From assembly GCA_032718475.1 (NCBI GenBank), contig JAUCBJ010004405.1, positions 7,828 to 71,827 of the forward strand: a stretch of DNA of 64,000 bases, in the 5' to 3' direction. This DNA is from Nemertoderma westbladi (Eukaryota; Animalia; Xenacoelomorpha). Below are positions 23,873-38,580 of the stretch, in pieces; positions within the stretch are counted from its first letter, which is position 1, and every line of letters begins with the position of its first letter. Both the position numbers and the translations under genes were made by a program. A model generated the notes under the pieces. It was given only the letters and a program-made list of their open reading frames with translations, was not told where the DNA came from and made no database searches.

Positions 23873-26350
23873 ACACGTTCGTGGGGCCTTCGCGCAGCAC
23901 GAGGTACAGTTATGAGATACAAATTAAAATTAAGCGACTGTATCACAAAATCAGGTTTTGAGAAATTTACCCACACCACCAATCAATCAAAGAAAGGGGG
24001 ACAGTACGTGTTCACCCCTTTTAATCCCCCCCCCCCCCCCACCCTTCTCAACCACCAATACATAACCGTGACATCTACCACCCACGGAAGGGTAGAACGA
24101 ACTTATTTCCAATCGCACGTTAAATATGCAAAGCCAGGTGGTGTATATGAATATAATCAACGCCGTACTCGTCTTAATTATTATAAGCGTCGTTCAATCG
24201 TTGCGCTCGTCCAGAGTAAGTCCCCCCCCCCCCCCCCCCCCCCCCTATCAGAAAGATTTACTCAACAAAAAATAGTGTAAATAAATAAACAACTACAAGG
24301 ATAAGAGGTCATGTGTAGGAAAGCTAATCAGACGATACCTTTACTAATATATTGAGCTGCATTGATCTATACATAGTAATGTTGGGTGATGGGGGGGGGG
24401 GGGGGGGGGGGGGGGTGAGGGGTAGGGGGTGTCTGGGTGGGTTGTTAGTATTAGGGTGCACAATATCGACGCACGCGCAGGAATGTGTTGATGTTTAATA
24501 GCACCGCATTCCCGCGTTAGAAAGCATCCCCAATTGGAATAAATAAATAAATTAAACGCGTTTCGTTATGTTCCTCGACTTATATTATTCTCTCCACGGA
24601 CGAGTTATTAGCTGCTAGACAGGTAGACCTAGTCCCCCACAACAACGGTCATACCTTCAATCAATCAATCAATTGAGCTCATATGAGCTCGTATATTAGT
24701 TTTATTTATAAATTGAAATCTCACGAATTAATAGGCCTATTAGCTGATTAGTGAACTATCATATGTTAGACCATATATATATATTATATATTGGACCTTA
24801 TCAAAATAGCGGTTGTACTGGGGCGGTATATGTTGTTCTCTAACCCACTGCAAGCGCATTTGAGGGGCCGGTATGTTTTAATAACTTCTGGTACAACGGG
24901 ATGCAGTATTACAGCGCCAAGTAGATTTAATCTGATCAGAATATTCCGGACGCTAAGTTCATGTCATTCCCGATAAGTCGGGACTTTACAAAACTCGTGG
25001 ATAAAACCGCGTGTAGCAGAGAGCAGATAAATTGGGTTGAATTGCAAAACAGAATAATATGGAACTGTAAGTGGAACTGCGGCGATTTGGGTTTTTTTGT
25101 TATGGTGAATAGTCAGCCTGTCCGCGATATGTTCAGCTGCCCTTTTTAATGGGTTGCAGGTACAAATGAAATACACATTGCAGTTACTAAAATAAAAGTG
25201 GCGCATATTATTGTACATTTACAACAACAATTATATAAATGCAATATGCCTGATCCCTATTAATGTACTTTGTACCGCCAATTCTGTAATTCAATAACGC
25301 AAAGCCGCGTTTACTGTACAGCAGCACGTAATATATTTGATACTTATTATACTAACTAAACTAACAAACCGCAAGGCCTACTTACCGAAATAAATTAACT
25401 TTCAGTTAAATACAATATACTTGTTTGCTCTGTAAAAATTTTAATTAAAAACAATCCTGCCATTTAATATACCTAATTAGCATGGTTGCGTAAGCAGTAT
25501 GAATTGGAATGAAATTGTGAAATAATTTATTTAAACTATTATGTACATTTAGATTAAATAATAATACAGTAAGTTGGCCTACAGAAATAAACATTGATAT
25601 TCGGAACAGTAAAACAATTATTTATTTCATTCATTCAACTAACCAGAGAGACTCATAGCTCCAGTGAATATTAACATCCCGACGTTACTTTAGTAATAAT
25701 ATTAATGTCATTGAACCCGATACACACACACCTCCAATCAGCCAGTTCAATGGAGAGTGAGTGAATGGATGGCTACTAGCAGCAGCAGCAGTCTGCCTCT
25801 TACAAGCAAGGCTGACTGAATACCTCAAGTGTTGCTGGGAATCAAGCCAACTTGGATGTTAACCAATAAATGAGCAGTATTTAATGAGAATACATTTTTT
25901 ATGCCGGTTTAATTACTTTAGATCAATTAAAGACACGATTATTAAAGCAAATCACTTGAACTAATTAAAAACTATAATAGAATGGAGTATGCGGATTACA
26001 TCTGTATATTTTTTAAGTATAATTATTGAAGTCTTATACTGTAAAACAATTAATTTCCTTTAAAAGGCAGGTTGAAAATGGTGTTTTTACCGTAATCAAC
26101 TTAATTAACTAATTAACTGCTATTATCTTAGCTTCTCGAAGGCCACACGGAAATTCTACTTGGAAAATTTCTAAACTTTTGCCATACAACATGTGTACCA
26201 AGTTTGGATAGATTTCATCAAAGATTGGCCGAGTTATTAACGTTTAAAATTGAACACGACAGAACGACAGAACGACAGAACGACAGAACGACAGGTTGAT
26301 TAATGGTACCACTACGCTAAGGCTCACTCACTTCGTGGCTCGCCCCACAT
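23873..26350 (+). mobile_element. Non-autonomous Helentron/DINE-like element
   Basis: 5' ACACG..GTGGGGCCTTCGCGCAGCACG and 3' (ACGACAGA)n microsatellite plus CGCTAAGGCTC..CTTCGTGGCTCGCCCCAC. Same termini as 37306-38580; subterminal inverted GTGGGGC/GCCCCAC. Confidence 0.6.
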
Positions 26351-26670
26351 ATTGCTAAAATTTGCGGTTTAACAAGCAAGACAATTATTAAGCGCATTTA
26401 AAGTTAAAGTTAAAGTTAAAGCATTATATCCCGGGCAAGTGATAGTTAACCATACCTACCTGCCATCAATCTCACGTACTGGTACTGCTGTGCCTTTGGG
26501 TTGGGGAGGAACTGCCCCCCACCCCCGTTCGTTGATTAATTGGCAGTTTTCTTAATATTCTCAAAATAACGATTTTGTGATAGAATCACTCAATTTAAAT
26601 TTATGTCTCATAATTGAGTCTCGTGCAGCGTGAAGTCCCCACGAACGTGTATACACGTTCCAAGGTTCTA

Positions 26671-27036
26671 GGACAGGTGGGCCAAACACATTCTGTCCAA
26701 AAATTAACCACAACGATATGGGAATGTCACGATTGGGTACTGTAGTATTTACAGCGTATTTGTGGCGGCCTAAATCCTAATTAAAACTGTCATGTAACCC
26801 TAACCTTAAGTCACAATCTAAGAAATTTAGCGGAATTTCCGTCATTATTGCTTAGATTATGACGTAGGGTTAGGGTTACATGACATTTTTCATTAGGGTT
26901 TAGGCCTGACCAACTAACCCTAACCAAAACAATAAACCAAACATACCCATTATTGGTTCAGATGTGAAACACATTTGGGGCAAATGTGGTTAGTTGTGAT
27001 TAATTTTTGACCCAAATGTGGTTGGCCCAACTGTCC
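26671..27036. mobile_element. Palindromic MITE with inverted telomere-like (TAACCC/GGGTTA) motifs
   Basis: Imperfect TIRs GGACAGGTGGGCCAA.../...TTGGCCCAACTGTCC and an inner palindrome at ~26768-26907. Confidence 0.7.
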
Positions 27037-27797
27037 GATCACGCGATCAAACATTAGACAGATGCAACATGTAGGACAACGCGGATTTGACCTGTAGTTC
27101 TAAGCTGTATGCTAACTATAGTGAAGGAGAATGGAAAACCTTTTAAACGACCAATTATAATATTGAAGATTACTACTAAAGAGAGACATCCAAATAGAAT
27201 GGGAAGCAGAAAGTTAAATGTTGGCATGTGATTGGCTAATATATACCTAGGGCAACCTACGCCTGTGATTGGCTACTAAATATCTATTGCTCAGTAGGAT
27301 GGCCAACAACAGCTCATCATCATCTTTTAAAGAGTTGTTTTTTTATTGTTAACATTTGAACTACATAAAAAGTTTTTAATAGTTGTTATTTAGTTCATTG
27401 AAATAGTTTAATTAGTGGCGAACACAAACCTACTTGTTATTAATTTAATTTGTTGACGATATTTGGTGTTATTGAGGTAAACGAGTTTAAATTATTAATG
27501 ATGACAAAATTTTCCACGAACCGACTTCTGCTGCATGTCTTTTTTGTACTACACGGTAAGTGATTCTACAAGTTTGGGGAATCTAAACTTTCAGATCGAG
27601 ATATCTATTTACTTCATTAAGGGTTTAGCTTGGCGCTTATGGTTAAGTTTATTTAATATTTAACTATATGTGTTCAAGAGTATTATTTCACGACTTAAAA
27701 TGAGGAGCCCCCCCCCCCCCACCCACCAAAAAAAAAATTAAAAACAATTGCATGAATTTCCAAGATACAGTGTAAATTTTCGTGGACCGCGAATCGA

Positions 27798-27923
27798 ATA
27801 CATACATACATACATACATACATACATACATACATACATACATACATACATACATACATACATACATACATACATACATACATACATACATACATACATA
27901 CACACATACATACATACATACAT
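27798..27923. repeat. (TACA)n microsatellite
   Basis: About 31 tetranucleotide units. Confidence 0.99.
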
Positions 27924-28914
27924 GCATAGATATGCGAGTCCTAACATCGAAAATATTAAACTTTCAAGTGCCACTCTCAATTTGATTGGGCTGCAAGAAA
28001 TTATCCACATCAACAATGCAATATTAGGGCATAACATCCTTCAAATACTTCCGTCAAATACAAATTGTATTTTAATGAAGAAATATTTGTGGCACCAATT
28101 GTTCGTATCTGCGAGAAAGGTAACCCTATAAGTTTCAATCTTTCTAATAATTCACAACCGCGTTTAAGCATTAGCAGCAGTTAACTTAATTAACTTGGGG
28201 AGATATATTTCACAAACTGAGCATTGGGTTTCCATTTTTGTTCCATAATCAAAAACATCCTCAGTAATATAAAATCTACAAATCAAATTTGTCCATGGAT
28301 CAAGCTCAGTCACGTGTCTAAAATGACATGCCTACATACATATACTAAACTACATACACCGCATTGTACATTGTACAGTAACATTGTCTTATTGACAGAT
28401 ACAGCTGAATAATCTGACAAAATACATAACTAAAGCGAACTTCTCTTTAATAGTAACTCCATTCAACTGAATGAAAAGTAAAGTTTTATTAAGCCAGTTT
28501 GCCAGCGATTGCTTGAATACTTATTTCCAGAGCGGTCCCCCCAGAACTATATCCCAAGATGAAACTTGTACTCATTTAGCTACCATTTAACGATGCAAGG
28601 AAAAGATGTGCCCTTCCAATTATTATCATCAAAGCATTTTTTCCGTAATGAAAACTTCTGATGATTTACTTTTGTGAATTCAAGGTAGCGGATTAAACAC
28701 CGAGGTGGGACTTTATTTTTCGATCTTTTAATTCGCATTTCCAAGGAATAATGAGCAAAAAAAATGAGTAAAAAATGAGCATTTAAATATCAGATTATAA
28801 AGAGAACAAAATGTACTCAAAGATTATGATTTATTTAAAAGATCCACTTTCGAATTTTTAGTTTAATTCAATGAATTTATGGGAAGTTTTTAGTTTGTGG
28901 AGCAAAATATATAT

Positions 28915-29145
28915 GTTTCAAAGCAAAAGCAAACAGTCGGCCGGAGCCGGGCCGAGGCGACCCAAAGGCTCCTCTTTCGATAGCTGCGGTGGGCGCTACT
29001 CCTATCCCAAGATTTGCTCCCAGTTATTTAACTGGTACTCATTTTATCGACCCCAGTGCATGAAAGGCTGAGTGGACCCTGGCGGGGCTGAACCTACAAC
29101 CATTAGATTGCAGGCCAGGCGCTCAACCAACTGAGCTACCCAGCC
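28915..29145 (-). mobile_element. tRNA-derived SINE with Deu/Nin-type central domain
   Basis: Head GGCTGGGTAGCTCAGTTGGTTGAGCG...GGTTCAGCCC; core CTCAGCCTTTCATGCACTGGGGTCGATAAAATGAGTACC; tail of TTTGC repeats. Confidence 0.8.
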
Positions 29146-31351
29146 TTAATATATGTTTACTGAGTTCTTATGGTTAGTGAGTTCTTATTAATAATTACCA
29201 ACGTAATTACTGATCTAGAATACATTATGCGAATTCAATATAATAAACTTCTGGATCATTGATTGGATAACTATTTTTTATCCGCAAAAAATACTGCCCT
29301 TTGAAATTTGATTAAAAAGCCGCAAAAAATACTGAAATTTAATTCGTTATTGTTCCGCATTTTGCGGACAAAAAAGGGGATAATTAAAATAAGATATATT
29401 TTACCCCACTATCGATACACATGTCTATAATGTATTTTTTCAGTACGTAAATTTTAACCACATTGCCTTGTGGTTGTCCTGAATTATTTACCCATAATGA
29501 GCCGAAATGCTGCATGAGTAAACACGTAACAACCTGAAACAAACCAAAATATAAGCAAATGTTATTCCTCCTTACATATGCGTCCACCGTTGAGAAATGC
29601 TAATTTCTTTATGTAATTTGGATGACAGCGGTATCTGTCAGTCACCCAGAAGTTCTGTGCTGTCCTCATTGTAAATACAAGTTCGCCATGTGTGTCCGAT
29701 GCTATTCATACTGGGTGTTGTGCCTTATATTTCCCTGTTCAAAAAGCCATTTATTAAGTAATAACAATAGGAGCTATATTGCCTTACTTTCCGATGACTT
29801 AGCCAACATGCATCTACCGTGGTGTCTAAACCGACATCTGTAACAAAAGAACCCAATTAACAGGGTAAGAGAGAAACAAAAGTTTCCGTGTAATTAAAGC
29901 TTGCTTTTTTCGTGTTATTATTAAACTGAGTTGGACATTAAAGGTGTCAAAAGTTAATCAATGACAGTGGAACAAAAATGGTTAATTTATGGAACCCTCC
30001 CAAATTGATATTGGAAACCAGTTCTCATAAATATTTCCATTTCTTTTGCTACAAAATAAGCAACTTAACAATTAATTTCATATTATAAATTTTCCAATTC
30101 AAAAGGGCGATTGATTTTTTCAATGTTCAGTTTACTTATGCAGAACTTTCCGACTCACTTGTTGTACCTACCGCTAGTAGTACTGTAGTGTAGTACAGTT
30201 TCAGTATGTCTGATAGCAGACTGGCAGAGTAAAACAGTCTATTGGTGAATGTTAAAATGAAGTTGTATAAAATAGATTTTCCAAAAATTCTTACTTTTCC
30301 GAAAACTATAAAATTTAGCTAGTTCCATCTACCGTAGCTATTCTTCAGCTCAGCTAGCTAGACACCAGTGTCAATGCAGGCGAGTTGTTGGTGATGAGGC
30401 TAATGTATTTGACGGAACCATACTGTGTTCAGCCCGACCTAGCTACTATAGTTACAGTAGCTATGTAGAACAAATCATAATGCGATTGAGCGAGCGTCCC
30501 TTCTAATTACATACTGCCTCTAGGAACGGCAACAACTCGACCGTGTTTTATTAACTCGCTTCATCATGAGTGTTGGCAGAGCCGTGTATCATTATTGGGG
30601 TGATGTACTAACGTCAGGTATTGTTAATAGGCTTGCCCAATATGGTAGAACCCCTGGTGCACGTGATTGCTTGAGATTCTATCTCAAAGTGTCTATTATT
30701 CAATGTTAAGGGAGAGGAAGGCCCTTTACATGTTTAACTCAATTTGAATTTTGGAAAAAAAAAATTGAAGAGGGGCCAATATTAAATTAAATATCTTAGT
30801 ATCTCAACTGAAAACTATACGTTATAAAAACAAGGTGATGAATTTGTTTCGGGAACTTGTTTTTGTTTCTTTATAAAGTTAATTTTTTCAGCGATTTTTG
30901 TATGTCATTATAATTCACCGCTTTAATTTTTATTATAATTTTTTTTGGGCACAGCTTAGCAAATTCGGCAATGACATCCAATCCAATCCAATCATTCGCA
31001 GCTCCAATATGCTCAATTAGCCGTAGTTTAGTTAATTCATGTAAGCTGTACCTGTTACTAATTATATTATTGTTTTGGTTGGTGTTACCCCCTCTGTTAA
31101 AGTGGAAACTTTGGTGTCCCTAACATATTGTCTGATATATATCCATCCATGCCCGCGGGGCTCTGTTGTACACTGGGAACACTGCAAAAAGACTGATGTA
31201 CAGTAGAGCAGCACAAGACTGGTGTTCAGTAGAGCAGCACAAGACCCACTGCTGCACGGGGGATAATTCCCTCTGTTAAGGGGTTCCGGTAAGAAGGTCC
31301 GAATCAAACGAAGGTCTAATAGGTAGTAGATTAAGGATATTAGTAGATTAA

Positions 31352-32233
31352 GCATCAGCTTGGTCTAGTGGTGACATTCCTGTGCTTCCAATTAGCCCTG
31401 GTTCGATCCCTAGAAGGGCAGCACTGTTTGGGCACAGTGCTTAAAATGCTGCAGCCTATAGCCCAACCCTGGCTTACAGGGTTTACTGTGGAAGGTCACC
31501 CATGGTGGTAAACAGGCATTCCTTTAGGAAACAGAGTGGAAGGGTTTACTGTGGAAGATCACCCATGGTGGTGAACAGGCATTCTTTTAGGGAAACAGAA
31601 TGGAGGGGTTTACTGTGGAAGATCACCCATGGTGGTGAACAGGCATTCCTTTATGAAACAGAGTGGAAGGGTTTACTGTGGAAGATCACCCATGGTGGTG
31701 AACAGGCATTCCTTTGGGAAGCAGAGTGGAAGGGTTTACTGTGGAAGATCACCCATGGTGGTGAACAGGCATTCCTTTAGGGAAACAGAATGGATGGGTT
31801 TAGTGTGGAAGATCACCCATGGTGGTGAACAGGCATTCCTTTATGAAACAGAGTGGAAGGGTTTACTGTGGAAGATCACCCATGGTGGTGAACAGGCATT
31901 CCTTTGGGAAGCAGAGTGGAAGGGTTTACTGTGGAAGATCACCCATGGTGGTGAACAGGCATTCCTTTGGGAAGCAGAGTGGAAGGGTTTACTGTGGAAG
32001 ATCACCCATGGTGGTGAACAGGCATTCCTTTAGGGAAACAGAATGGATGGGTTTAGTGTGGAAGATCACCCATGGTGGTAAACTGGCATTCCTTTAGGAA
32101 ACAGAGAGGAAGGGTTTACTGTGAAAGATCACCCATGGTGGTGAACATGCATTCCTTTAGGAAACAGAGTGGAAGGGTTTGCTGTGGAAGATCACCCATG
32201 GTGGAAAACAGGCATTTCTTGGCGTAACGAGCA
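31352..32233 (+). mobile_element. tRNA-derived SINE whose body is expanded into ~12 copies of the 63-bp satellite unit
   Basis: A box TGGTCTAGTGG (31361-31371), B box GGTTCGATCCC (31400-31410), array 31478-32220, tail TTGGCGTAACGAGC. Flanks match the single-unit copy at 63734-63890. Confidence 0.8.
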
Positions 32234-32623
32234 AAAAATTCTCCATTCATTAAGGGTAATTTCATTCAATGAGCATGGTACAGTGGGAAGTTATTATATC
32301 CAGTTTAAATGGATGAAACTGAAGAACACTTTAGGACCTATGCCTCATTCGGCCCTTCAAGTAGGCCTTTAACTGGACAGATGGTTGTGGCTGACAATGA
32401 TTTTCCTTTACATATACTGAAATCATACTGGTATCCATGACAACAGAGTCCCTTACTCAACATTGGCTACCAAAGTTGACTTTAATTTATCTGAATTATA
32501 AACCCATTTTCACAAGTTTGTCAATCCATGAACTTTTATACCCTTCCATAGTCATTGAATGCCTGACCGACACAGTTAAATGTAGCCCATATCTTCCACT
32601 TTCACTGTGTAAGTGTCATACTG

Positions 32624-33961
32624 TCATATTGACCCCCCCCCCCCCCCCCCCCTCTAAAATCCAGAAATTTTTACGAAAACGTCTGATTTTTTGCTTGTAC
32701 GTAGGTATCACTAGTCTGGATCCGACCGAAAAAATGTACAGGGGTGGTTATATTGCAGCACCAAAATTACAAGTAGCGCACAATTTTCACAAAATTTGAA
32801 AGTTACATTTTTCGGCTAATTGTTTTTCAATACAGGTTTTCTGGGGCGCAAAATACATTGGAAAATATTTAAAAAGGATATGATTACTATAAATGGCTGT
32901 TTAGTTCTCTCTGTGTAGGAAAAAAATGAAAAAAACAAGTAACCAGCACTTTTCAGTTAGAACACAAAATTTTTAATTCATTGATACGACGCTATAAATT
33001 CACATTGTCAGGTTTTCTAGGGAGCTGATTCTTATGGAATACATTTATAATATGCCAGATCATTGCTACTTGTATTTTCGGCGTAATTTGGCAAATTTTG
33101 GTGCTAGCACCAAATTTCGTACCCATCACCAAAAAGTACAAGTTTGCGATGTCCAGTGCTGTTTTTATTGATTCCATCGGATTCAAGACCCTCATAAACC
33201 CGTATAACGTAAGAAACAAGATGATACTATCTACTGATCAATTTGCTTTTTTTCAAAAATTTGGTGCTGAGGTACAACAATTTTCACCTACCGGCGAAAA
33301 ATACAAGTTTGAAAACTGTTATGAAATTTTTACTGATTCCATTGATTTCAGAACCCTCACAAAGCCGTATAACACAAGAAACAAGGTGACACAATAAATT
33401 GATATATTTGATGGTTTTCCAAATTTCGTGCTAGCACCAAAATTTGCACACAGCACCGTAAAGTACAAGATTGATACACTTGGTGCAACTCGTATATATT
33501 CCATCGAAAGCAGAAGCCTAAAAAACCCCAATTGCGTAAAATACAAGTTTCAAATAATCAATTGACAAAATTGACATATTTCAAAATTTGGTGCTGGCAC
33601 AAAAATTTGGCACCCGCCGAAAAAGACATGTTTGAAATTTCTAAATTAATTTATATGAATTCCATCCAATTGCTAACACCAAAATCGGTATAAATCAAAA
33701 ATAGAGATGTTACAATTCATATTTAATGAAATGTAATTTTCAAAAAACGTCTCAAAAAAGTGCCAAAAGTAGGGTTAAAAAATGGTGCTATAATTCGAAA
33801 ACTACCCAATATTTTTGAAAACGGGTTTCACTACTAGGAAGACAATAGATTTTTAGGAAAAGTCATAAAATGTCAGATTACCAACTGCGTTTGTTTCAGA
33901 ATTATAACAAAAAAACCACGGGGGGGGGGGGTCATATTGACCCTCCCCGGGTTTAATAGGG
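32624..33961. mobile_element. Non-autonomous piggyBac-like DNA transposon (left end truncated)
   Basis: Right end ...CCCCGGGTTTAATAGGG|TTAA; subterminal GTCATATTGACCC with G/C runs at both ends; internal repeated GGTGCTAGCACC motifs. Confidence 0.55.
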
Positions 33962-36900
33962 TTAAAGGATCAGGTTAGTAAAGGAGCAGGTTACCGAGGC
34001 GTGTTGGGGGAACCAAAACAATAACCGAAAATTAACGCTTGTAACAAGATTATGCAGGTTACTTAATTGGGTCTTTGGTCTTTGTTTTGTACTCTCCCGA
34101 AACTCCACGCCATCTACCAACCCGTATCATACTGATACTTCTGGTGGATTTTATCTATGTTCTACGTCTACCCGCAACCAACGTTGGTTTCTGCGGTTCC
34201 AGATTGTGAGACCATACAAACATACCTTAAAGTATATACTACACATATAGTTATGGAGCATTACATGTAAGACATGTATATGCATAGACATAGACATGCA
34301 TATTAGCAAATTGCTTATACATAATTACACATCAATTTTTAAGCAACATGCCTATTACTCAATCTGATTGTTTGATTTATGCGCCTCATATATAGGGTAT
34401 AACCTGTATGTATAGGGTATAGGGTATATATAGAGATAGGACATGGAACATCAATTACTTTTCAGTAAGCTCAATTATTCGAGGTATTAGGGCATTAAAG
34501 CTGCACACTCCACACAGGATGAACTATTACCCTGATGATAACGCACAGAATCCTAAGTTAGTTCTTCACCACAAACGGGGCCAGTAAACTACCCTGGGGC
34601 TTCCTTCCTGTAGTCAGACATTCTCATAGCTTCAATCTATATAGCTGTTGTAGAGGAGTGCTTTATTACATAGGATAGTCGTGGCTCAACTATTTCTTGA
34701 TTTAATTTTTGAGAAACGCTCACACACAGTATGTGAGGAGAGGAAATCATGAGGTCGTAGGGGGGATGAAGCGTGATTTCCTCGACTAACCGGAAGTGCG
34801 CTAAGCAAATCTCGAGGCCAATTGGCACCAGTTTTAATGATGGTAATTCCTGCCGGGTGCGAGAAATTCTGTTGGTGAATTTAATGAATAAAACCTTGGT
34901 CCATATTAATGTAAGAAAAATGTATCAATTCAGTTAATATTAGCACACTTCTACAAACTTCTACACAGCCTTCTTCTTCGGCAGTACGAAGACTATGATA
35001 TGCATGTAAACACAGTAATACACCTTTCATTAATATGCTTTAGTACATGTAGAAATATCTACCTTCAAAGTTGATACGGAACATTCCAATTTGAAGAGCT
35101 TCCAAGGTCGAATTCACCAGACAGGCCCCAGTTAACATAATAAATGTATTGGTAATAGTTCTATCTAAACTTTAGGTTCAAGGGATGTACCTTTTTCCGG
35201 TTTTAGTTTCAATGTAGAAGTAAATTAAAGTTAAAGGTAAAAAACAATACAGAAAACCTGGAGGCTCCTCTCTCTTTACCGTTGTTATCTATAAGGTAAG
35301 ATAGACTCCTCGCTAACTAAAAAGGCCAAATACTGTTGTTACATTTCAACCCATTTTCTTTCTTTCCATATTTCTTCCAACCATTTGTCGGGTATCCATT
35401 ACAGCTTGGGCTGTAGCCTCTATTCCAATGTACCTACAATTTAGTCTAATAATTTTGCACTATTCTAGATGAGCAACCAACAAGGCAAAAACTATTAATG
35501 TTAAAAATCTACGGAACAGGAGTGGGAAATTCGATTCCACTTTTAGCTAATGAACAGTGACACATACTGAAGCCATAAATCTTACGAATTACAACAAAGT
35601 ACAGTACGATGAAGGCATGCATGTTGCGTAACAAGATACTCACAAAGGAATTCTTGCACAGCTAGTTAATGGATTAAAAATAATCATATTCTAAACAACA
35701 TGCACGTTGCTTATGCAAAATTATAATTTTTCATGAGAAAGAGACAATATCGTTAAGTTAACATGAATATATTATGGATATTATTCTGCTGAAAAATATA
35801 TGAGATTGTTAATGTTATTATTTTAAAATTTAAGATAAAACTCATTACTGTTTCTGGTATGCACTGCACGTGTGTATATGTTGAGTAGTAAATCTATCAA
35901 AGTCTTATCCATCGAAGCAATGTGAGTTATGTAGTGTCATGTTCTTAAAAATTCTGTTGCTGTAGGCGTCATTATTTCATTTAATATCTGAGATAACAGT
36001 GATGTGTACAGATCAGTACATAAACTTCAAAACACTCTCTATGAAGGCAGAGTGGGTGACCAAGGAAAAGCAGTCATCACCAAGTTGCTGACTTCTCAAC
36101 AACAGGCAACTGTGAAGAATACGAAAGTAGGTCAGAATAACGTTAATCACCGTCAGATAACCAGAAGACAGTCTGTTGGGAATTAGGCCTATTTAGTCGA
36201 GCAAGCACTGATGCAGGATTCCATAGCCATGGGTTACCTACTCACTGCAGAAAGTGCAAAGAGCTGGTCCGGTACCCGTGTTACCAATGTACCTCTCTCG
36301 CACGCACCCTGTAGTGCATGCGAGAGAAAGGCTGGGGTATTAAGTAGGACTACTACAGGTAACAAAGCTAGTTAATGAAGCGAACGCCATATATATATTG
36401 GGGGCAGTTTTATTAGGGTAAGTTTACTTTGGATCGGTTCTTTGTTGCGTCGCTCTGCTGTGCCGATATGCTCGGCTTCTTTCCCTATCTAACCCCTTGT
36501 TGACGGGGAAGGGACAGTGCTAATATAAGTTGATAGTGAAGCGTGACGCTATTTTTTCTCAAGAGGGAATGTTTGATATATTAAACAACATTTTGCCATA
36601 TTTTACAAGAATTCTACCAACAGCTCCTAATAACTACTTGACTAAGTAAGGTATTGGAAAATAAAGTCATGCCTTTCTCCCCCTTTAAAATAATTTAGTT
36701 ATGCCTTGAATTATTATTGCATAGATTTCAGTATTTGGTAAATTTCAGTATTCTATGGAATTTTGAATGACATTATTTGAATTTTAAATAGTTTTGCAGT
36801 TAACTGAGCCTCAGACTCAATTTCTTCATTGTTCAGACGAAAGGCGTCGAAACCATAATAAATTATATTTTGTTTCGGTAATAAAATTTATGAATTTCCT

Positions 36901-37305
36901 CTATAGCAATGCATCAAGTAATCATTACTCATTACAAAATTGTTGTAGCTGTAATAGCCATTTGCTAAATATAAAGAGAACATTTTGTCAAATTTGTACA
37001 ACATGTGTGTGTAAGGTTAGAAATTTAATTATACAAACATTTTTACGCTAACATTGATCCAATTCTACTGTGGTTCACCAGAAACAGAGGCTATTGATTA
37101 TACCAGATGGTGGCTGGATCCTTCACCATTATTATCATTGCCGCTAACAAAATGAAAGTCATTGTCTTGTAAAATGGATGTTAAAGTGGACATAAACAAA
37201 GAACATCTTTACAGACCACCTACACCAACATCAAAATTAGAATCGTGTTTAAAATGGAATCTAAGCAATCATTTTTTTTATATACTCACTCACTACTCCG
37301 GTTAA

Positions 37306-38580
37306 ACACGAAGTGGGGCCTTCGCGCAGCACGTGAAATGAGTTAATGCTAAGTATCAACTCGAAAGGATTATAAAAACATAGGAGAAGATTTTCCCGGA
37401 AAACGTTAACCCTCTAGCGGGAGACTGGGTAACTGAAGAAGGAAGGATTAGTTTCCCTACAAAGCCACAGCCTATGGTCTATTACATATCTACCAAGTTT
37501 CCGATTGACGGATCATAAATAACGAAATGTTGGAAGGTTTTCACTTTCATACATTTAGCCCTCTAGCGGCATATTAAAGAACTACGGATCGATCACCTTC
37601 CTCACAAAGACGAGGCATGTGGTCTAGTACATACCGGTACTGTATATTCCAAAATTCAGCTTAAATAGATTAAGATCAAGGAATTCGCGAAGGTTATCAC
37701 TTTCCTACATTTCGCCCTCTAGCGGCAGACTCGAAAACTCCGGACCGATTACTGTCCACACAAAGACTTAGGATGTCTTCTAGTACATATATGACAAGTT
37801 TCAGCGTAATCAGATCATAAACAACTAAATGGAAGAATAATTTCACATTCGGGACATTTCGCCCTCTAGCGGCAGACTGGAGAACTGCAGACAGATTAGC
37901 CTCCTTTGAAATTTACAGCTAATGGTCTAGTACATACTTCCCAAGTTTCAGCTTAAACGGATTAAAAGCAAAGAAATGGGTGGCCATTTAATGTTTAGAC
38001 ATGTGGCCCTCTAGCGGGAGACTGGAAAACTTCGGACCGATTACAATCCACACAAAGACTCAGGATGTTATCTAGTACATATATGACAAGTTTCAGCGTA
38101 ATCAGATCATAAACAACTAAATGGAAGAATAATTTCACATTCGGGACATTTCGCCCTCTAGCGGCAGACTGGAGAACTGCAGATAGATTAGCCTCCTTTG
38201 AAATTTACAGCTAATGGTCTAGTACATACTTCCCAAGTTTCAGCTTAAACGGATTAAAAGCAAAGAAATGGGTGGCCATTTAATGTTTAGACATGTGGCC
38301 CTCTAGCGGGAGACCATTGCACTGATGGTGTCTGAAAGTCTCTCAAAAATCTCAACTTTTGCTCATATTGATACCTACAAATTTTCAACTTGGCAGCTTT
38401 AAATCCGACAAAGTTATTAGCATGTCAAAATCGTAACGACGACGACAACGACGACGACGACAACGACGACGACGACAACGACGACGACGACGACGACGAC
38501 AACTATTTGCATAAATTGACCCACCCCCTAACAGTGTCAATTCGCTAAGGCTCCGCCAACTTCGTGGCTCGCCCCACAAT
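37306..38580 (+). mobile_element. Non-autonomous Helentron/DINE-like element with internal ~147-bp tandem repeats
   Basis: Same termini as 23873-26350; seven CCCTCTAGCGG-cored units (37409-38309) including a 292-bp exact dimer; (CGA/CAA)n microsatellite before the 3' end. Confidence 0.7.

Noticed and set aside
27688-28131. ORFs with MYVC/YIHT repeats
   Set aside because: Translations of the (TACA)n microsatellite.
29070-29145. Functional tRNA-Cys gene
   Set aside because: Stems and B box are degenerate and it runs into a SINE core domain.
31502-32372. Repetitive ORFs (MVVNRHSF...)
   Set aside because: They arise because the 63-bp unit is a multiple of three; no protein features.
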